This document shows, one piece after another, positions 60,901 through 64,000 of a stretch of DNA of 64,000 nt; position 1 is the first letter of the stretch, and every line of letters starts with the position of its first letter. The stretch is from Convolutriloba macropyga. Its lineage: Eukaryota. Made by a program: the position numbers and the translations under genes. The notes under the pieces were generated by a model. It worked only from the letters and a program-made list of their open reading frames with translations, ran no database searches and was not told where the DNA came from. The DNA is taken from NCBI RefSeq assembly GCF_964194025.1, contig NC_134470.1:53010001-53074000 (forward strand). Direction: 5' to 3'.

Positions 60901-63410
60901 CAAAAGATCTGAAAAATTTACTTTTGCTAGGTGGTTTCAATTTAACCAAATGGTCCTCCAACTCACTTGAAACAATGAAGTCAATCCCTAAAGAAGACCA
61001 GAATCCTAACGATACAAAGGAGTCTACCATTCTACCGCCTATTCCAAAGTTCGGAGAAAAAGACGAACAGCCATCATCAACTGATACCGAGAGAGTATTA
61101 GGAATACAGTGGTCTGTGTCTAGAGACTCTTTCGTTATAAACAGCAAAACGTTTAAAAAAGTGGATCTAGAGAACCCCACCCAAAGAAAGATTTTGAAGA
61201 GTGTTTCATCCATCTATGACCCAATTGGGTTTATTGCGCCCTTCACAGTGCGGTTAAGAACAATCATGCAGGACGTCTGGCGTTTAGGAAAACAATGGGA
61301 CAACCTGTTACCTACAAGTTTTGATGCAACCCTGAAGTCTCTTATGACAGAAATCAGAAACATTTCCAGCATCGAAATACCACGATTTCTGTTCGAGGAG
61401 AAAAAGACACCTAAAGAATCAACTCTTCATATCTTTTGCGACGCTTCTCTAACAGCAATGTGTGCCGTAGCATATTTAAAAACAGAGTATACAGATTCAA
61501 CTTGTTCAATCAATTTTATAATGGGAAAAGCAAAAGTTGCCCCGATTCGACAGCAAAGCATACCTAAACTAGAACTGGCAGCAGCTGTTATCGGAGTCCG
61601 GCTGGCCTTCTTCATAAAGCAACAGCTCGATGTAACAATTAGCAAAACGACATTTTGGTCGGATAGCGCAACCACCCTACAATGGATTTACAACTCCAAA
61701 GAGAGATACAAAATGCATGTAGCAAACAGAGTTGCAGAAATTCTTGAAACAACTTCACCATCAGACTGGCGTCATGTTCCAGGTGTCTTGAATCCAGCTG
61801 ACGACGGAACAAGAGGGTTGAAATTAAACGAGTTCAAACCGGATTGTCGTTGGTTTAACGGGCCACTTTTCTTGAAACATGACCCAACAAATTGGCCTCC
61901 GACAAAAGTGCCAAATTACCCTTTAGCAGCTTCAATGGCTCTCTCAAGGGCAAACCAGCCACTCATTGACCCAAAACGGTTCTCAAGCTTTGAAAAACTT
62001 AAACGCGTTCTTGCATTTGTAATTTTGTTTATCAGCAACCTCAAAACTACAACGAAGAGTTTCCACTTGGTCAATATGAGCAAAACTTATCTACTTAGGC
62101 AATCTCAAGAACTCTCATTTGAGGAAGAGCTAGATTGTCTTCGCAAAGACCAAACCGTTCCAGCACACTCAAAAATAAAAAATTTCTTGCCCTTCATTTC
62201 CGACGACGGAGTTATAAGAGCTAATGGACGTCTTGCCAATGCAAATCAACTGGAAGAAAACTTACAAACCCCAGTAATCCTAAGTGGCAAAGAACATATA
62301 ACTTTTCTAAAGCTTAGAGATATTCACAACCACAATGGACATACAGGACTCGGCCATTGCCGTTTCATTGTTCAACAGTCCTTTATTGTAATCAGCCTTC
62401 GCTCCACCTTACGAACATTAATCAACCGATGTTTCGATTGCCGTCGACAAAAAGCAGTAGCGTTGCAACCTCAAATGGCACCCCTGCCAGACTTTAGAAT
62501 TTCAAATACTGAAAACTTTATTTTTCAAAATACGGGTGTAGATTTCTTTGGTCCTTTCGCTATAAAGGCCAGCGACAACTTGTATCCAAAACGATACGCT
62601 TGCATCTTCACTTGCCTTACCACAAGAGCCGTTCATCTAGAACCAGCTTACCATTTAAGCACTGATTCCTTTATTCAAGCGATACTGAGGTTTACTGCCC
62701 GTCGAGGAAACCCTCACCTCATTGTCTCTGATAATGGTAGAAATTTCGTTGGCGCTTCTCGTGAACTCATTACAAAAGTAAACCAATTCGACCACCAGGA
62801 AATCAGTGACCGATTATTCAAAGAGACCATCGAATGGAAGTTCATCCCACCATACGCATCCCACTTCGGAGGAGCATGGGAAAGACTCGTGCAGTCCTCA
62901 AAACGAATTCTCTACTCAGTGATTGGCTCTCAAATGTTGACCGAAGAAACATTTCACTCGTTCCTAACTCCAGTCGAAGAAATCCTGAACAGCAGGCCTT
63001 TGACTCACGTCCCAGACAACGGTTTGTCTTATCAACCAATCACGCCTAATCATTTCCTTATCGGTCGACCTCAGAAACGTTTGCCGTCAATACTGTCAAT
63101 CACTAAAGATTACAACAAGGACTGGAAAAGATGTATTACCCTTTCACATCAATTTTGGACACGACTCCTGCGCGAGTTCATACCCACAATGGCTAGGAGA
63201 CCCAAATGGATAAAAGATCAGAATCCTCTCGAAGTTGGTAGCCTTGTTTGGATATTGGAAGACATGACTCCACGAGGTATTTGGCCCGTCGGTATTGTGG
63301 AAAAATTGTCTCACAGCAATGATGGAAAAGTTAGATCATGCGAAATCAGAACTGGGTTCGGGAAACAAACAAGACCAGTAAACAAATTGGCACTAGTAAT
63401 TGACGACTAG
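57987..63410 (+). CDS. gag-pol: BEL/Pao gag-pol polyprotein (1807 aa) with an in-frame deletion in RT
   Basis: LPTLKLDTFNGNP; three Cys/His knuckles; protease FLDNGS; RT IPHHPV, ADIEGMFMQV and FYMDD; RNase H HIFCDAS and PKLELAAA; integrase H..GH..CFDC, GVDFFGP, SDNGRNF and GGAWERLV. Confidence 0.97.
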   Translation: MPAKTVESQRSFHKYCVSSIKNLIEDLSTDENLPYDEFIEGEKEVQQLLSELEKTNEFLLLILDESQHCQFLDESLAVKRDSRRKLNLVRRKLKVSSELVNNSTDTQTRLPTNLQQQTLQNESEHREIPQENLSASTGITLSSNQPATFQNTETSNFSFHASATRNLFDQTTFPQHQASFGLANCQDHTHRQQFITTPISSGTLPTLKLDTFNGNPLTWTDWIQLFESVIDSRPLSTTENMTHLQSLLTGQAKSLVKGYGCNGQCYHQALADLKKKYGKSSVIVNAYLEKLASFPSPSAQLPKSFDNFSIFINDLVNTFTRLEYEHDLKSTMNTQVAIQKLPYSQLVDWSKHCAQHQIESPSLEQFAEWLSLTAQTFENLEPFSRNKLGKNDSSNPRSNRSQYGNNHPRYDQNQIQGTSRYVSTQDKISDMQTTSKFNKERSQHQRQFKSSRNQQQQLEDQNVPQTSRASKCLFEDGNHRIYMCEKFKNMSVKQRRDAIYQLKACFNCLKMGHSSKECPSTQSCRSCNKCHHTHLHDESSQSANSTHCSTAGSSERPALLQILPVTLSRDGKSVNTYAFLDNGSVVSMMLTKTASALGIVLDEKTQHTELHKGIHGTKSVSFNNVNLSIKGMSSNQTFDIEDVQVSADIEFPQYNLEWIRKVCQEFDHLKHISYPDVDINQISILIGCDNFDLIAPREIHYGPPNTARAIQTELGWTASGKTDLPSAVTCQSQIVKSESTECCEIDDTLYNEVLNWYKVENLPSNKDVTKSETDKRASDILESTVEFKEGRYHVGLLWKNKPDLPNNFTLAFKQLNALVKRLERDPELLEKYTKTIDEDQKKNYIEEVPLDKMTPNIWHIPHHPVINPNKAKIRKVLNAASKYHGVSLNNQLMPGPDLMQNLTGVICRFRQKKVAISADIEGMFMQVGVRPQDQKFLRFLWKKGEKIICLRSFYMDDLYHATDTVEEAISISKDLKNLLLLGGFNLTKWSSNSLETMKSIPKEDQNPNDTKESTILPPIPKFGEKDEQPSSTDTERVLGIQWSVSRDSFVINSKTFKKVDLENPTQRKILKSVSSIYDPIGFIAPFTVRLRTIMQDVWRLGKQWDNLLPTSFDATLKSLMTEIRNISSIEIPRFLFEEKKTPKESTLHIFCDASLTAMCAVAYLKTEYTDSTCSINFIMGKAKVAPIRQQSIPKLELAAAVIGVRLAFFIKQQLDVTISKTTFWSDSATTLQWIYNSKERYKMHVANRVAEILETTSPSDWRHVPGVLNPADDGTRGLKLNEFKPDCRWFNGPLFLKHDPTNWPPTKVPNYPLAASMALSRANQPLIDPKRFSSFEKLKRVLAFVILFISNLKTTTKSFHLVNMSKTYLLRQSQELSFEEELDCLRKDQTVPAHSKIKNFLPFISDDGVIRANGRLANANQLEENLQTPVILSGKEHITFLKLRDIHNHNGHTGLGHCRFIVQQSFIVISLRSTLRTLINRCFDCRRQKAVALQPQMAPLPDFRISNTENFIFQNTGVDFFGPFAIKASDNLYPKRYACIFTCLTTRAVHLEPAYHLSTDSFIQAILRFTARRGNPHLIVSDNGRNFVGASRELITKVNQFDHQEISDRLFKETIEWKFIPPYASHFGGAWERLVQSSKRILYSVIGSQMLTEETFHSFLTPVEEILNSRPLTHVPDNGLSYQPITPNHFLIGRPQKRLPSILSITKDYNKDWKRCITLSHQFWTRLLREFIPTMARRPKWIKDQNPLEVGSLVWILEDMTPRGIWPVGIVEKLSHSNDGKVRSCEIRTGFGKQTRPVNKLALVIDD

Positions 63411-63527
63411 GAAACGAATCATAACGTCGAAACAGGACACAAATTTAATGAACAGTAACCACATTCACAACTTTTAACAAATCATTAACCCTTTAGGTTT
63501 TGACTACAACGCCAAAACGAGGGGGAC

Positions 63528-63681
63528 TGTAATGAACTCTTAAAGAACTTGACTTTTGAGCAGTCAGAATCATAAATTGAATATAGAACGTGCAAAATGA
63601 GGTAGACCAAGACAACACACCAAGACATTATGAATTGATGATTAACAACTTTAAGCAGAGTTATAGACGTAGTTGATGACA
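63528..63681 (+). repeat. 3' LTR of B2
   Basis: After PPT gagggggac; TG...CA ends; followed by TSD cgctt. Confidence 0.96.
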
Positions 63682-64000
63682 CGCTTCGTCAAGAGTTTTC
63701 TATTTAAAATCTGAGCTTTCCAATTAAGTCCACGTTCTCCGCATCAAGCGAATCGTCTCCGATTTTAGTAGATGTGCTCTTTTTCGTGCAAGCTTCTGAT
63801 TATCTTCATCTGGTGTTTTGCATCTTAATCTCATAGAAATGTAGAATTTGTTTTACGAAGTTGGCCTGCTTCAGAATATGTCATGATAGCATTATAACAT
63901 CCGGTACATTGTGAACGTAATTTATACATACTAGTTAGCTGTTTTCATCTGTAGCTGAGCCCAGAAGTTTGCTTCCAGTGACTTTGGTTCAAGTTTAGAG

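Larger units (their letters stand above)
52738..63681 (+). mobile_element. Young BEL/Pao LTR retrotransposon (element B2); 5' part assembled redundantly
   Basis: 153/154-bp LTRs differing at about 2 positions, TSD CGCTT on both sides (52733-52737, 63682-63686), PBS, PPT gagggggac, open gag-pol. Confidence 0.95.

Overview
Eukaryotic (animal-like), AT-rich, scaffolded window (4 N gaps) dominated by retroelements; no prokaryotic genes or CRISPR. In order: (1) a decayed Ty3/Gypsy pol (1-2340) followed by a decayed env-like region resembling class III (chuvirus G / herpes gB-type) fusion glycoproteins, caught in a near-identical 5,051-bp tandem duplication (2345-12448); (2) diverged AT-rich segmental repeats; (3) a full-length decayed Ty3/Gypsy element (18078-25302) with a tRNA-Ser PBS, interrupted by a 5'-truncated Penelope-like element (GIY-YIG plus candidate minimal hammerhead ribozyme); (4) palindromes and nested MITEs (25.9-29.2 kb); (5) a decayed full-length BEL/Pao element (31949-40903, TSD AGCTG) whose LTRs carry a tRNA-like sequence; (6) a very old BEL/Pao remnant (41.2-45.3 kb); (7) a young BEL/Pao element (TSD CGCTT, 153-bp LTRs) with an open 1807-aa gag-pol whose 5' end is assembled redundantly. 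Main discovery candidate: two divergent BEL/Pao elements share the layout LTR-PBS-tandem arrays-standalone SGNH/GDSL hydrolase-like ORF-gag-pol-LTR, and the young one also has a regular hairpin array and twin covarying GNRA hairpins. A few possible host exons are scattered between the elements. All family calls come from motif recognition by eye, not database searches.
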